64,000 nucleotides of DNA from Octopus sinensis (Eukaryota): contig NC_043007.1 in NCBI RefSeq assembly GCF_006345805.1, positions 58,032,001-58,096,000 on the forward strand, written 5' to 3'. Numbering within the stretch: position 1 is the first letter of the stretch; each line of letters starts with the position of its first letter. Of the stretch, positions 36,289 through 48,709 are shown piece by piece. The notes below the pieces were generated by a model. The model did not search any database. It saw only the letters and a program-made list of their open reading frames with translations, and was not told where the DNA came from. The translations under genes were made by a program, and so were the position numbers.

Positions 36289-37193
36289 ATATATATTCTC
36301 TCTTACCTGTCTCAATCATAAGACTTCAGCCAAGCTGGAGCACCGATTTGATGGGTTTTAATCGAACAAATCCGGTACAATATACTACATGACGCTGCAC
36401 TATAATAGTAAAAGAATAAAATACATTCCCTCAAGCTATACAAACATTTTATACCAAATTGTATCAAACCAATAATCTTCACTGCAGTTCCTGAAATCCG
36501 TCATGCTATATTTTAGAGGACATTATTTCATGAAAAACTGTTTACATCAACAATCGACTATAATAACAGCGGCAGTAGCAACGGCAGAGAAAACAACAGC
36601 AAGAAAACAATTAAAAATAAAAGACAATGAATAACGAATGTTATTGTGAAATTACTATAAACCACTTAAAATAAACAAAGCGGAGAGTGAGTTAGAAGAA
36701 AAGCGTAAGACAGACAGCAAGAAACAATAGTAAAAGAAGCACCAGGTATCTTCGGTCGATAGCGCTTAATACTAATGCAACACAACAATTAAATAGAACA
36801 CACAGAAGTAAAATACGGAAACACAACGCATACATACCATTTCTACGAACGAAATTCTTAAAAATGAAACGTCAGTGTACATAGCTTTCTGTCTGGCATG
36901 GCTGTAGCCAAATAGCGCCACTATAATGTAGCCACTAGCTACGGAATCGGTACAAACAAAGTTAATGATAATGATGAATGATGTAGGTGGTTAGTAATTG
37001 CACTGAAATTTAGTAGGCTTCGAAGACTGTTCCGCTTGATGTTATTATTGTGATACTCAATTGCAGTGATAGCGGCACTGAGACATTTCATTATATCTAC
37101 ATATACGCACATACATATATACATACACATACATTCACATATATATACATACATACACAAACAATTATGCATGCACAAACGCGTATTCACATA

Positions 37194-37248
<55 letters not shown>

Positions 37249-37301
37249 TTTATTTTTATTTATTTTATATTATTATTATTATTATTATATTATTTTATTT
37301 T

Positions 37302-37335
<34 letters not shown>

Positions 37336-37381
37336 ATTATTAGTGTTGGGGTTGTTGTTTGTTATTATTATTATTATTATA

Positions 37382-37416
<35 letters not shown>

Positions 37417-37457
37417 GTTGTTGTTGTTTGTTGTTGTTGTTATTATTATTATTATTA

Positions 37458-37491
<34 letters not shown>

Positions 37492-37513
37492 GTTGTTGTT
37501 GTTGTTGTTGTTG

Positions 37514-37552
<39 letters not shown>

Positions 37553-37565
37553 TTTCGCTTAAGAA

Positions 37566-38357
37566 TGCGAGGGTAGGCTGAAAAGTTCATAGGCTGACTA
37601 TGAAGGAGTGATGTTAGAGCTGTGAAATCTTGCATGCATTAATTTCAACACATCTAATTAATAACTGTATTGTTTCTTTTTAGGTAAACTGACATTACGC
37701 TAATCAAAGAAGACTTCAAAAGTCACTATTAGCGACTTCTCTAGAAAATGGACAAAAATTGGCATCGTGGTGTTATCAAGTAACTATATAACAATAGTTT
37801 AACCTCCGAGGTCATTCGTGCTGACATGGTATCTACATTGAGGGATGACGCTCCAGCTTAATCAAGAGCTACAAAAGAGGGTGACTGAATTTGGAAGGGG
37901 AATGAAGAGTCTTCAAGAAGACTCAAGGTCTGGACGTCCTGCAGCTTCCACCGCCGAGGAAAACATTGATCGTGTTCACCACATGGTGATGGATGACAGG
38001 TGATTGACTACAAATCAAATAACCAATATTATTAACATATTCTGTGAGAGAGTTGAGAATATTATGCACAATGAACTTGATATGTTGAAGGTTTCTACTC
38101 GGGGTCAGTCACCTGATCAAAAGCGCACCTGGCTTATCACATCACAGGAAAATCTGACATTGTTTCAGGCTGGTCCAGCTGGTTTCCTTAAACGGTTCCT
38201 ACCCCAGGATGAGTGTTGGTTTCGTCACTTTGAGCGTGAGACAAAGACACAAATCATACACTGAAAACATTCCTCCTCATCTGCTCCGAAAAAAGGCTTA
38301 GGCCATTTCATCTGCAAGGAAGGTAATGGCCTCAGATTTTTGGACCAAACGGTGTGA
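37566..38357 (+). mobile_element. Mariner transposon, left TIR plus N-terminal two-thirds of a defective transposase
   Basis: Terminus cgagggtaggctgaaaagttcatagg; ATG at 37748. MDK..HRGVIK..EDSRSGRP..NIDRVHHMVMDDR*LT..ELDMLKVS..QDECWFRHFERETK..KVMASDFW covers the mariner HTH, first catalytic D block and KVM..VFW block. Truncated at 38357. Confidence 0.9.
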
Positions 38358-38482
38358 TGCCCAATGGCATATGGCGTAGTGGTTAAGAGCGCGGGGTAGT
38401 AATCTCAAGATTCCCAGTTCGATTCTTGGCAATGACCTGAATAATAATAATAATAATAATGATGATAATAATAATAATAAGG

Positions 38483-38570
<88 letters not shown>

Positions 38571-38774
38571 CAACAGCAACAACAATAATGACATCGAAAA
38601 ATACTCTAGGAATGAGAACCCAGGTTCGAAATTTCCCCAAGACACCTGATAAGGCTGGAGGATGTATCAGCGGCAACGTTGCGTTAACAAAAAACAAGAT
38701 AAGGAGAAATATCCCGTAAAATGTAAATAATGTATATAATGAACATAATTCCTTATCTCTTAAATATAGAGCTG

Positions 38775-38776
<2 letters not shown>
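38358..38776 (+). mobile_element. tRNA-like head, (AAT)n tract and PLE-type tail with degenerate hammerhead
   Basis: tggcgtagtggttaagagcgcggg (A box) and cagttcgattc (B box) at 38372-38425; (AAT)n at 38441-38567; gacacctgataaggctg..cagcggcaacgttgcgtt at 38641-38685; the tail matches 26401-26490. Confidence 0.75.
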
Positions 38777-38815
<39 letters not shown>

Positions 38816-39164
38816 TACTCCTTCCTTGTTTCAATCATTTGACTGCGGTTGTGCTGGAGCACAGCTTTTCGTCGAACAAATCGACCCCAGGACTTATTCT
38901 TTGTAAGCCTCGTACTTATTCTATCGGTGTCTTTTGCCGAACCGCTAAGTTACGGAGACGTAAACACACCAGCATCGGTTGTCAATCGACACACAAACAC
39001 GTATATATACATATACGTATATACGACGGGCTTCTTTCAGTTTCCGTCTACCAAATCTACTCACAAGGCTTTGGTCAACCCGAGGCTAGAGTAGAAGACA
39101 CTTGCCCAAGGTGCCACGCAGCGGGACTCAACCCGAAACCATGTGGTTGGTAAGCAAGCTACTT

Positions 39165-41360
39165 TATTTCATAACATTTGCCATAAAGGCAGTACATAGA
39201 GTAAGTTAGCTTTGCGGGCTGGACGAGGACATTAATGAAGTGAATGATAATGAAAGAAAGATGATGGGGATGGGAGAAGACAAAAAGCGCCCGCCGACTT
39301 CTGCTTCTCTAAAACATTGTTCTTTTAAAAACAAACACAAAACAAGGTATTAAACCTCTTACAATTTTTTCAATTTTGGACTTAGCAGTCCATTACTAAT
39401 AACAACATAGTCAATAATTACATTATAAATACAATACACAAAGCCCCTCCTCCCAGACCTGGCTTACACTTCCTTAGGAATGCGCCAGCTCTAGGTCGGG
39501 CCCCTCAAGTCGTATCACAATTTGACTCGTCCTCGAAATAACTGTGCCCGCGCCCTCCACCATCCCCAACGCCTCCCTCAGAAAGTAATCGAGTTCCGAG
39601 TTAGCGTCGCCCGGGACCAAGCTATAATCCTCATTGAGCTCCTTCTGCCCAAGTGTCACGTCGAACGCCACGGCCTCCACAGCTACCTGCGGAGGCCATT
39701 CGGGGTCCTGTGTGAAGGCTAAAGGTGCTCCCTTGTGGTGCTTTTCCATCACCTTTTCAATCTCTCCGCCTCTATAGAAGAGGATCAATACCTCGTTTTT
39801 GCTCGGGTGCGGGATATTCAATTCTTTCGTTGGCGGCACAGTTCCCGCCAACGGTATTTATTCTCCTGTCGGTGGCACAACCCCAACCGACGTAGTTCCG
39901 GGACATTCCGGTGCTATGTCACCGACAGCCGGTAATGTCCCGTTTCTCTTCCTCTTTTTTCTTTTTTTTCTTTTCAACGTGGCCGGAAGATTCGCCTTTC
40001 CCTCCTCATCCCTAGTATCCTTTGGTGAGCACCCATTGTTGCTCACCTTCCTCTTTCGGCCTCTGTTTGAGGAGTCCTCTGCTTCCTCGGCCGTTATCAT
40101 TCCCTCTTCTACAGGGGTTTCACTTAACTGTTCCGGGATCCTATTTTGTTCCCGGGACAGTTCTTCTTTATATGGCCGGACTCCAAGCACGATGACACTT
40201 AGTGGGGGGCGACCCTCAAGCATCACCGGGTACCTGCACCCGGCCATTTCAAAAAATCTGGAAGAACCAGATTGGCTGATTGGGTCCAAAGGGTCTCAAA
40301 ATTGCTTTTGACCCAACCCAAGCAGCCGCAGGAAGAACTTTTACATTAGGAGCTTAGTTTCGCTGCTACCCAGACCCGGCGGATAGTCTCCTCTATCCAC
40401 TCGGGTTCTATCCCGGGTGGCAGCCCGCCAATCCAAGCTTTCGTCAGTCTCTTTTTTGGTACGTGGACAGGAATAAAATTTCCTTACCTCCAGAGGTTAC
40501 TAGCAAATTTGCAAGCCTCTTCAGGGGTGTCAAATAGCAACCACACCGTGCATATTTGACACCCTGGAAATGAATTTAATTGTTGGCAAATACTCTGCCA
40601 ACTCCTTTCAATTGCCGTCTTTTCGAACAGGGCGATGGTGTCGAGTGCCTGGAGTAGGTTCTCAACACCACCGTTCCTATCTTCACGGTCTTTTAACCAC
40701 TTTAGGCGGTATGATCTCCCATTCCAAAACTTTGTCATTTTCATTGCCATGTTTTTTTTTCTTTTAATATATTCAAAATAAAACTTAAAAAGCGAGGAGA
40801 GAAAAAGAAATCAGAAGAAAGTCACAATGAACAAAAAAAAGGGAAAGTCAAATAAAGTTAAAAAGAAAGTCAATACCACAGCAAAAACCTTCTGGCCATT
40901 CGGTACTCCCGGCCTAAATTGACCCCGGAACGCCGCAACTGGAACACAACTTCCACAAAAATGGGTGTAAAATTGGTAAAATTGTTCAAACTTCGGAGGC
41001 AAAAACTCCCTATATAACAGTTCTCACATTCTTAAAGTTCTTCACAGCACATACAATTCTCATAATTAGGTGAGAAGATATTCACTCAATTATCGAAGAC
41101 GAATACGCCCCCAAAAATTCTCACAATTCAGCGAGAAAAATATATTTGCCCGATGTCGGCAGAATCAGAATTCTGAATCCAGTAGGACTTCCTGCCTGTA
41201 AAAAACAATTTTCAACAAAAACTCCCACTGGACCCAGAAAACAGAATCTTACCTTACAATGGGGCTTCAAAAATTTTCAATTCAAGACGGCTCCAAAAGC
41301 ACGTCTTCACCGCTTCAGTGCCAAACACAACACTGACTCGCACATGCGCAGAAGCAACCT
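39165..41360 (-). mobile_element. Complete non-autonomous ORF1-only (half-L1-like) L1/Tx1-type retroelement
   Basis: Perfect 15-bp TSD gtaagcaagctactt (39150-39164 and 41361-41375); about 610-bp 5' UTR starting aggttgcttctgcgcatgtg; one ORF1-like reading path 40750-39474; about 310-bp 3' UTR ending ttatgaaataaa. No APE or RT motifs and no room for ORF2. Confidence 0.75.
39474..40750 (-). pseudogene. Disrupted LINE ORF1-like protein (RRM-like region, CCHC knuckle, low-complexity linker, unknown C-terminal domain)
   Basis: MAMKMTKFWNGRSYRLK..; RLTKAWIGGLPPGIEPEWI; YPVMLEGRPP followed by frameshifted C-H-(R)-CLESGHIKKNCP (40197-40157); RGRKRK and KRKKRKKRKR basic linker; in-frame stop at 39858. 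Confidence 0.65.
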
Positions 41361-41440
41361 GTAAGCAAGCTACTTATCACACAGCCACTTCTGCGCCTAT
41401 ATATATAATATATTATATAGATATATATATATATATATAT

Positions 41441-41520
<80 letters not shown>

Positions 41521-41522
<2 letters not shown>

Positions 41523-41901
41523 TAATAGTTATCGCCTAGCTAATATGACAGTCCATAAATATAGGACGAGTGCTGCCGTTGATTAGCTCCAAGAGACCAT
41601 CTCCTCTAGCTAGCTGTGTGCATTATTACCTTTGAACAGGGGAGGTCAGCCGCTTCCCCTTGCTGTTCAGGCATCTGGGTTCAGCTACTCTGCATTCATA
41701 AAGGGGAAATACCCTGAAACTAGTCTGCAGATGCCTGACCAGCAAGGGGAAGCGGCTGACCTCCCTTGTTCGAAGGTGATAACAGACACAAGTTCGTTTG
41801 TCACATAACTAGCTAGAGGCGATGGCCTCTTGGAGCTAATCAACGCCAGCACTCATCCTATATTTATAGACTGCCATATTAGCTTGGCGATAACTATTAA
41901 T
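41521..41901. mobile_element. Fold-back MITE with long imperfect TIRs
   Basis: attaatagttatcgcctagctaatatgacagtccataaatatagga..gttgattagctccaagag at the left end is mirrored by ctcttggagctaatcaac..tcctatatttatagactgccatattagcttggcgataactattaat at the right. Inner arms gggaggtcagccgcttccccttgctg / cagcaaggggaagcggctgacctccc. Confidence 0.9.
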
Positions 41902-42297
41902 ATCCAGTACCGCTGCTATAGTCTCCTTTAGAGAGACTTACAAATAATAATAATGATGATAATAATAATAATAATAACAATAATAATAAAAAATGATAAT
42001 AATAATAATAATAATGTGTGTATGCATGTATGTATGTATACGTATATATATGTATATATATATACATATATATACACCATTCATAGATATGTGTGCACAT
42101 ATATGTATGCATGTATGTGTGTGTATATATATGTATATATATACATATATAGGTATGTATGTATGTATATATATTTATATATATATATTTATATAATGTA
42201 CGGTTCCCTGATGGTAGATCAACTAAAGGAGTGGTCCATCTGGTATGTATATGTATATATATATCTATATATCTATATATATAATATATATATATAT

Positions 42298-42368
<71 letters not shown>

Positions 42369-42412
42369 TAGATAGATATAGATATGATAATATATACATA
42401 TATATATATATT

Positions 42413-42457
<45 letters not shown>

Positions 42458-42515
42458 ATATATAGTATATATATGAATATATATATATATATTAATATAT
42501 TATATATATTATATA

Positions 42516-42553
<38 letters not shown>

Positions 42554-42998
42554 GCAGTAAGGCTTGTATTAAGGCTTCGGCATCTAGAATAATAATCGAT
42601 CAGCTGAGAGAGTAAATATAATGTTGTGATAGAAAACAGAAGTGTAGCAGCCGAGATTTTAGTAGCTGAAACACTTAAGACGTTTACCAAAGAACGCTCG
42701 TAAGAAAAGACAGAAAGAAAAGCACAGGGGAGATAACCAACGTTACAACAGATGATGTTCATAAACAAAGATATTTTCGGTGTTTCCGCTGACCTGTGTT
42801 TTAATGTATTTGCTAAGATGTATTTGTTAAACCGCGGACAAAATGAATAAAATCCCGTGCCTGGAATTTACATAGCCGTTGGAGTTTCTTAAGCTCAAAT
42901 CCTCTTGTTCGCAACTTGAAAAATAGCGAAATAATGTTTCGGCCACGAAACCCTTGGTAGCTGTAATTAAGAAAACTTCTATTTATATATATATACAT

Positions 42999-43038
<40 letters not shown>

Positions 43039-43764
43039 CAAATAAAATCAAAAACAGAGCACAATGGATATCGCGGTACACGTCTCTCAAGCTTTATAAA
43101 CTACCCGTTCTTATATCAGTGTATAATTGATATAAAAAATGGTTTAAAGCTCTCTTCGGCCGCAAACATTGTTATTCCAAAGCGTTACATCACACTATAA
43201 AAAATATGAGAAGTACATGTAGTATTACCCATTGTAATAGGTATATCATATCTCCCTGAGAAAGTGTATTTGTAAAATTTTGTAACTGTAAAAATGTATA
43301 AAGATTCATTGGATTTCGAAAATCTGCCCATACTGTATCACCAGTCAAATTTATATATACATACATAGAACACACACACACAGCACATACACACACAAAT
43401 ATATATGTATGTAAATGTACGTCACAATATATGGTTTCAGCTAATCCGGCTGTACTCATTCTACAAAAATATAGAATGTAAAGTACGATACAAGGGAAAA
43501 CTAGAAGGACTGTATAAAGTTATTTATAACCTTCCTCTCCCTTTCTTAGGAAATTGTTTTATTAGTTTACATTAATTTATTATTATTGTCTTCCATATAC
43601 AATAACGTTCTGTTTAAATATTGACATTGCGTTCTTTGAACATTACGTGAAGACTTTAATATGTAACGGAGATCTTTCTCTCTCTTGATGAAGTAGCTTC
43701 ATTTCTGCATTGATTTAAGAGATTGTTTGATTTAATACAGATATTTATGATTGAAATATATATA

Positions 43765-44200
43765 TATGCCATAATATACATCTGGAAGATCCTAGAAGGA
43801 CTTATCCCAAACTTTGGCACCGAGAGTTACACAAATGCCAGAACTGGACGCCACTGCATAGTGCCAAGGACCCAGACTTGCCATCAAGTTGTAGGACAAG
43901 ATACTGTGATAGCCTGGGCTTCAGAGGCCTACAGCTCTTTAATATCCTACCGAAGAACCTAAGAGACCTGCATGGGGTGGATGCAGATGTATTTAAAATG
44001 AAACTGGATCTCTTCTTGTCAGGTGTCCCAGATGAACCAACTTCACGGCAGGAGGTGCAGATGAGGGCAGCTGCATCGAACTCTCATGCACCAGATGGCA
44101 TTCGCTAAAAAGCATTCGTGAAGTAAAATCATGTAGTAACACCAAATGGCGGTACCCCAGCATGGCCACAGCTTGTGAGCTGAAACTAAATAAAAAAATA
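43765..44200 (+). mobile_element. CR1-group LINE 3' end
   Basis: YAIIYIWKILEGLIPN..RTGRHC..DSLGFRGLQLFNILPKNLRDL..FKMKLDLFLSGVPDEP..AAASNS, typical CR1-type ORF2 C-terminus; short 3' UTR ending ctgaaactaaataaaa. Confidence 0.85.
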
Positions 44201-44245
44201 TATATATATATACTTTATTTAAAAGCAGCAGAAATTTAACAAAAG

Positions 44246-44283
44246 CTGTTACTCGGGGTTTCACGTTCCTGTTCGTCGGACAG
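44246..44283 (-). ncRNA. Second minimal hammerhead-like motif (variant core)
   Basis: Minus strand CUGU-CCGACGA-ACA(GGAA)CGU-GAAA-CCCCGA-GUA-ACAG: 4-bp stem I, GNRA-capped stem II, GAAA box and GUA triplet; U4 is replaced by C. Confidence 0.45.
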
Positions 44284-44310
44284 TTTCGTTATGTGTTTAC
44301 TCCGGTATAT

Positions 44311-44356
<46 letters not shown>

Positions 44357-44549
44357 GAACATTAACAAAAAAAGATTGACAGTCACGTCTAAGTTTTGAC
44401 GTGGTGGTCATCATGAAGAGAGTCAGAAGACGGAAACCAAAACTTCGAACTGTCAAACTTTTCTTTTCACAAGTTAACAAAAAGTATTGAAGAATCCTCA
44501 AGTTTAATGGCCAATTGTTTTTATACATAACAAAAAATACAACCGTTCT

Positions 44550-44630
<81 letters not shown>

Positions 44631-44716
44631 ATGTATGTATGTATGTATATATATATACATACATGCATATATATGTGTGCTTGTGTGTATACATCTATAC
44701 ATACATATATATGTGT

Positions 44717-44785
<69 letters not shown>

Positions 44786-44951
44786 TATAGTATATGCACA
44801 CACAAACGTTACTTGTATGTATTTATGTACCTACAATTTCTCTCCCGCTCATTCCCAGGCATGCTCTGTCTATTTCCTTTTCTGTACGCAAACACTCACA
44901 CAACACACACACGCGCGCGCGCCCACTCGCATGCACACACATACACACACA

Positions 44952-45007
<56 letters not shown>

Positions 45008-45539
45008 AACATATGTGTGTGTGTGCGCGTGCACGCAAGCGTGCGTATGTTTGTGTGCCTGTGTGTATACATGTACATATACATTTACATATACATGCAT
45101 GCATGCACGTCTGTGAAAGCGTCTATGCGTGTGCAGCGTACGTTCGTGTGCAAGTGCCCATGTATATATATTTGTAACTGAACGTTAGTGTATGTATTAA
45201 GCCGAGTGAAGTGGTGATCTGCTCAGAGGTATAAAAACAAGGTGAGACAGTAAGTGTAATTACTCTTATTAGATACATTAACATTCAGTGTCACCGTTTT
45301 ATTGGTCGATCGTCGGAGCCCTTAGCAAGGTATTTGTAGTTGCGCCAACTTGAACAAACTCACCAAACACCAAAATGCTAGCGCCTGCCCAACCTCTCAC
45401 CCTCGATTTTCGTTCTCTTTTACACACCCGTACCTTCTTCTATAACTTGCCGGTATCTTGATAATGTTTCAGCATTCTATCAGAAAAAGAAATTACACCA
45501 AACACACACACGCAGATACATAATTATATGTGAGTGTAT

Positions 45540-45618
<79 letters not shown>

Positions 45619-45798
45619 TAAACACATGTACATATGTATATATATATATACACACACACACACATTATATATATATGCATATATTGTGTCCGTGAGTGCC
45701 TGTGCAATTGTGACTGCACAAGCAGATTTGTATTATGTATGTATGTATGCATGCATGTATGTATGTATGTATGTATGTATGTATGTATGTATGTATTA

Positions 45799-45832
<34 letters not shown>

Positions 45833-46717
45833 CAAACACACTCACACACACACGTGCACACACATATATTTATATATACTTGTGTGTATATATATGAATG
45901 TAGTTACATACTGTATGTGTTCAGAGTATAGGTGTGCGCAAAAAGATGGTGAGAAACAAAAAAGTGTCGAGGACTCAATTTCAGTGTTGAGTATGAGAAT
46001 GATTGTAGTGATGCTGGATGTGGAAGGAGATGAGTCTTTGTTAGCAATGTTCGGAAAGTATACCTCCATACGTATACTTAAACACACACGCACAAGCACT
46101 CAAACCCAAACGCACACATGAGCTCACACAGACCAATTCATATGCATTCATATACGCTCAAACACACACGGCCAGACACACACAAACTCCAACACACACA
46201 TACGAAAACTCACTCACATACACATATGTTTGTATGTGTGTGTGTATATATATATGTGTGTGTGTGTGTCTGTGTGTACATATGCGTGTGTGTGCGTGTA
46301 TATATATATATATATACTATATATACATGAGTATAAATATATACATAATCATGTGGACACATGTTCATATATATATATACATATAAAACATATATATGCA
46401 TTATTATACAGATATGTGTGTGGGCTTGTGTGTTTGTATATAAGTATATATAAACCAATATACGTCCACACACACTCACGTGAGTGTGTCTGGGGGGGGA
46501 GGAGCGTGCGTGTATTTATGAGTGTGTTTATATATGAGCCCGTGTTCGATAGGAAGTATGTGATTGTACGAAAATTTATAACAAAATAACAAATTTTAAA
46601 ACAAAATGAAATAAACAAATAATATAATAGTAACAAAGAATGTGATACAAAGAAATGATTTAAAGTAAAAAATACTACAAAAAGAAAATATCAATAATGA
46701 TGAAACTATTAATAATA

Positions 46718-46784
<67 letters not shown>

Positions 46785-47816
46785 CAAAGGTAAATTAATA
46801 ACAGTAGTAATGCAACACAACCAACACACAGCTTACCAAAAGCAAAGGCGACCATATTTTCAACTATACCTACACACACACACATATAATGTATATATAC
46901 ACTATATTATATGTATGTATACACACACCATATATATATATATATACATATATATGTGTATCTATATATATGCATCTATATATATTATATATATATATAT
47001 ATTATATATCTATACATATATTATATACATACATATTATATATATCTATCTTTATATATCTTATATATAATTATATATATATATATATAGATATATATTA
47101 TATATATATCTATATATCATCAAGTAGTAACGTCAAATGACGGCAAAAAGATGTCCAAAAGATCTTAAAAGATGTTAAAAGGCGCTTTGCTAGGCCAATC
47201 ATAGATATCCTGTTATTAAATGGATAAAGAGAAAACAAGAAGACAAAAAATTACAAAACATAAAGAAAAAAAACGAAAATGGCGGGCAATGAAAAAGTTA
47301 TATAAATAAATAGATAAATAAATAAATAGCAGTGAAAAAGTAACAAAACAGAACTACATACAAAAACCAATAGATGCGAAAAAATAGGGAAAAGTGACAG
47401 TTAGTGTAGGGGGAAAAAGTAGGGTGTCCCAGTGTAGAAAGATGGGTGGTGTTCAATACCTTAGGTTATAGAGAAAGGGAAAAAAAATAGTATGTATAAA
47501 GTGTCCCAAAGAAAAAAATCTCACACCAAAATTTTGGAAGGCGGGAATCTCCATGTCTGTCGGTCTGTCTCAGTGTTTCTGCATGTATATACATACAAGC
47601 ACTTATACATACATACATACGTGCGCACACGCACATACACACACACAAACACACACGCACAAACACACGCGTGCATACATATATTTAAATATACACGTAT
47701 TTATGTAATGACGCGTGTGTATATATGTATAAAATATACATGTAAATATATCTATATATATATATATATATATATCATATATATATATATATATATATTA
47801 TGTATATGCATGTATG

Positions 47817-47853
<37 letters not shown>

Positions 47854-47937
47854 TATAGACGTGTGTGTGTGGTATTTTTTAACTTCTACAGATTGAAAAT
47901 AATATCTATCAATCGATCTATTCATCTATGTGTGTGC

Positions 47938-47995
<58 letters not shown>

Positions 47996-48051
47996 ATATA
48001 TTTGTATATATTATATATATATGCATGCATATATATATACAAATACACACA

Positions 48052-48101
<50 letters not shown>

Positions 48102-48266
48102 GCATATATACATATACACATAAGCAAATTTGTATGTGTGTGCGCGTGTTGAGCCAAATTGATTAAGCTGGATACATACATATAATTATGTGTGTGAATA
48201 TGTATAAGCTTATCGTGTGCGTATACACACACACACATACACATATATGATGATAAGAAGAAAATG

Positions 48267-48299
<33 letters not shown>

Positions 48300-48709
48300 A
48301 TTACGATGATGATGATGAGGAGGAGGAGAGGAGGAAGATGATGATTGAAGGCTACGGTGCCTAATGCAATCCTCTGTATATGAAAACACGAACTGGTTGA
48401 CCAAGATCAGAATATCTCCGATAAAGAGTATGTCAACACTTTTAGGGATGACCGGTCTCACAACGTTTCTAACAGTAACAACCACCATATAACAACAAGC
48501 TATTTGTTTAACGTTGTACATTATTTCTGCATAAACAACGACAAACAGCATTCTTTAAATCATAGATATATCATAGAATATCAACGAGCTAAAAGTACAC
48601 CTCTATGTTGTAGTTCGAACTTTTTAAAAATAGCAACAAATCTCTTTGAAATTGCATTTTACTGTCTACTAAAAAGGAATGACTCGGTGATGACACAGCT
48701 GTGGAAACA

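Larger units (their letters stand above)
38817..41399 (-). mobile_element. SINE family A split in its head by a 2.2-kb insertion (SINE pieces 38817-39164 and 41361-41399)
   Basis: The body stops at ggttggtaagcaagctactt (39164) and resumes at gtaagcaagctacttatcacacagccacttctgcgcct (41361-41398). Confidence 0.9.

Noticed and set aside
44289-45181. Long ORFs up to 210 aa rich in YI, CV and HT dipeptides (and dozens like them across the window)
   Set aside because: They are translations of (TA)n, (CA)n, (CATA)n and (GATA)n arrays, which lack stop codons in some frames; there is no protein signal.
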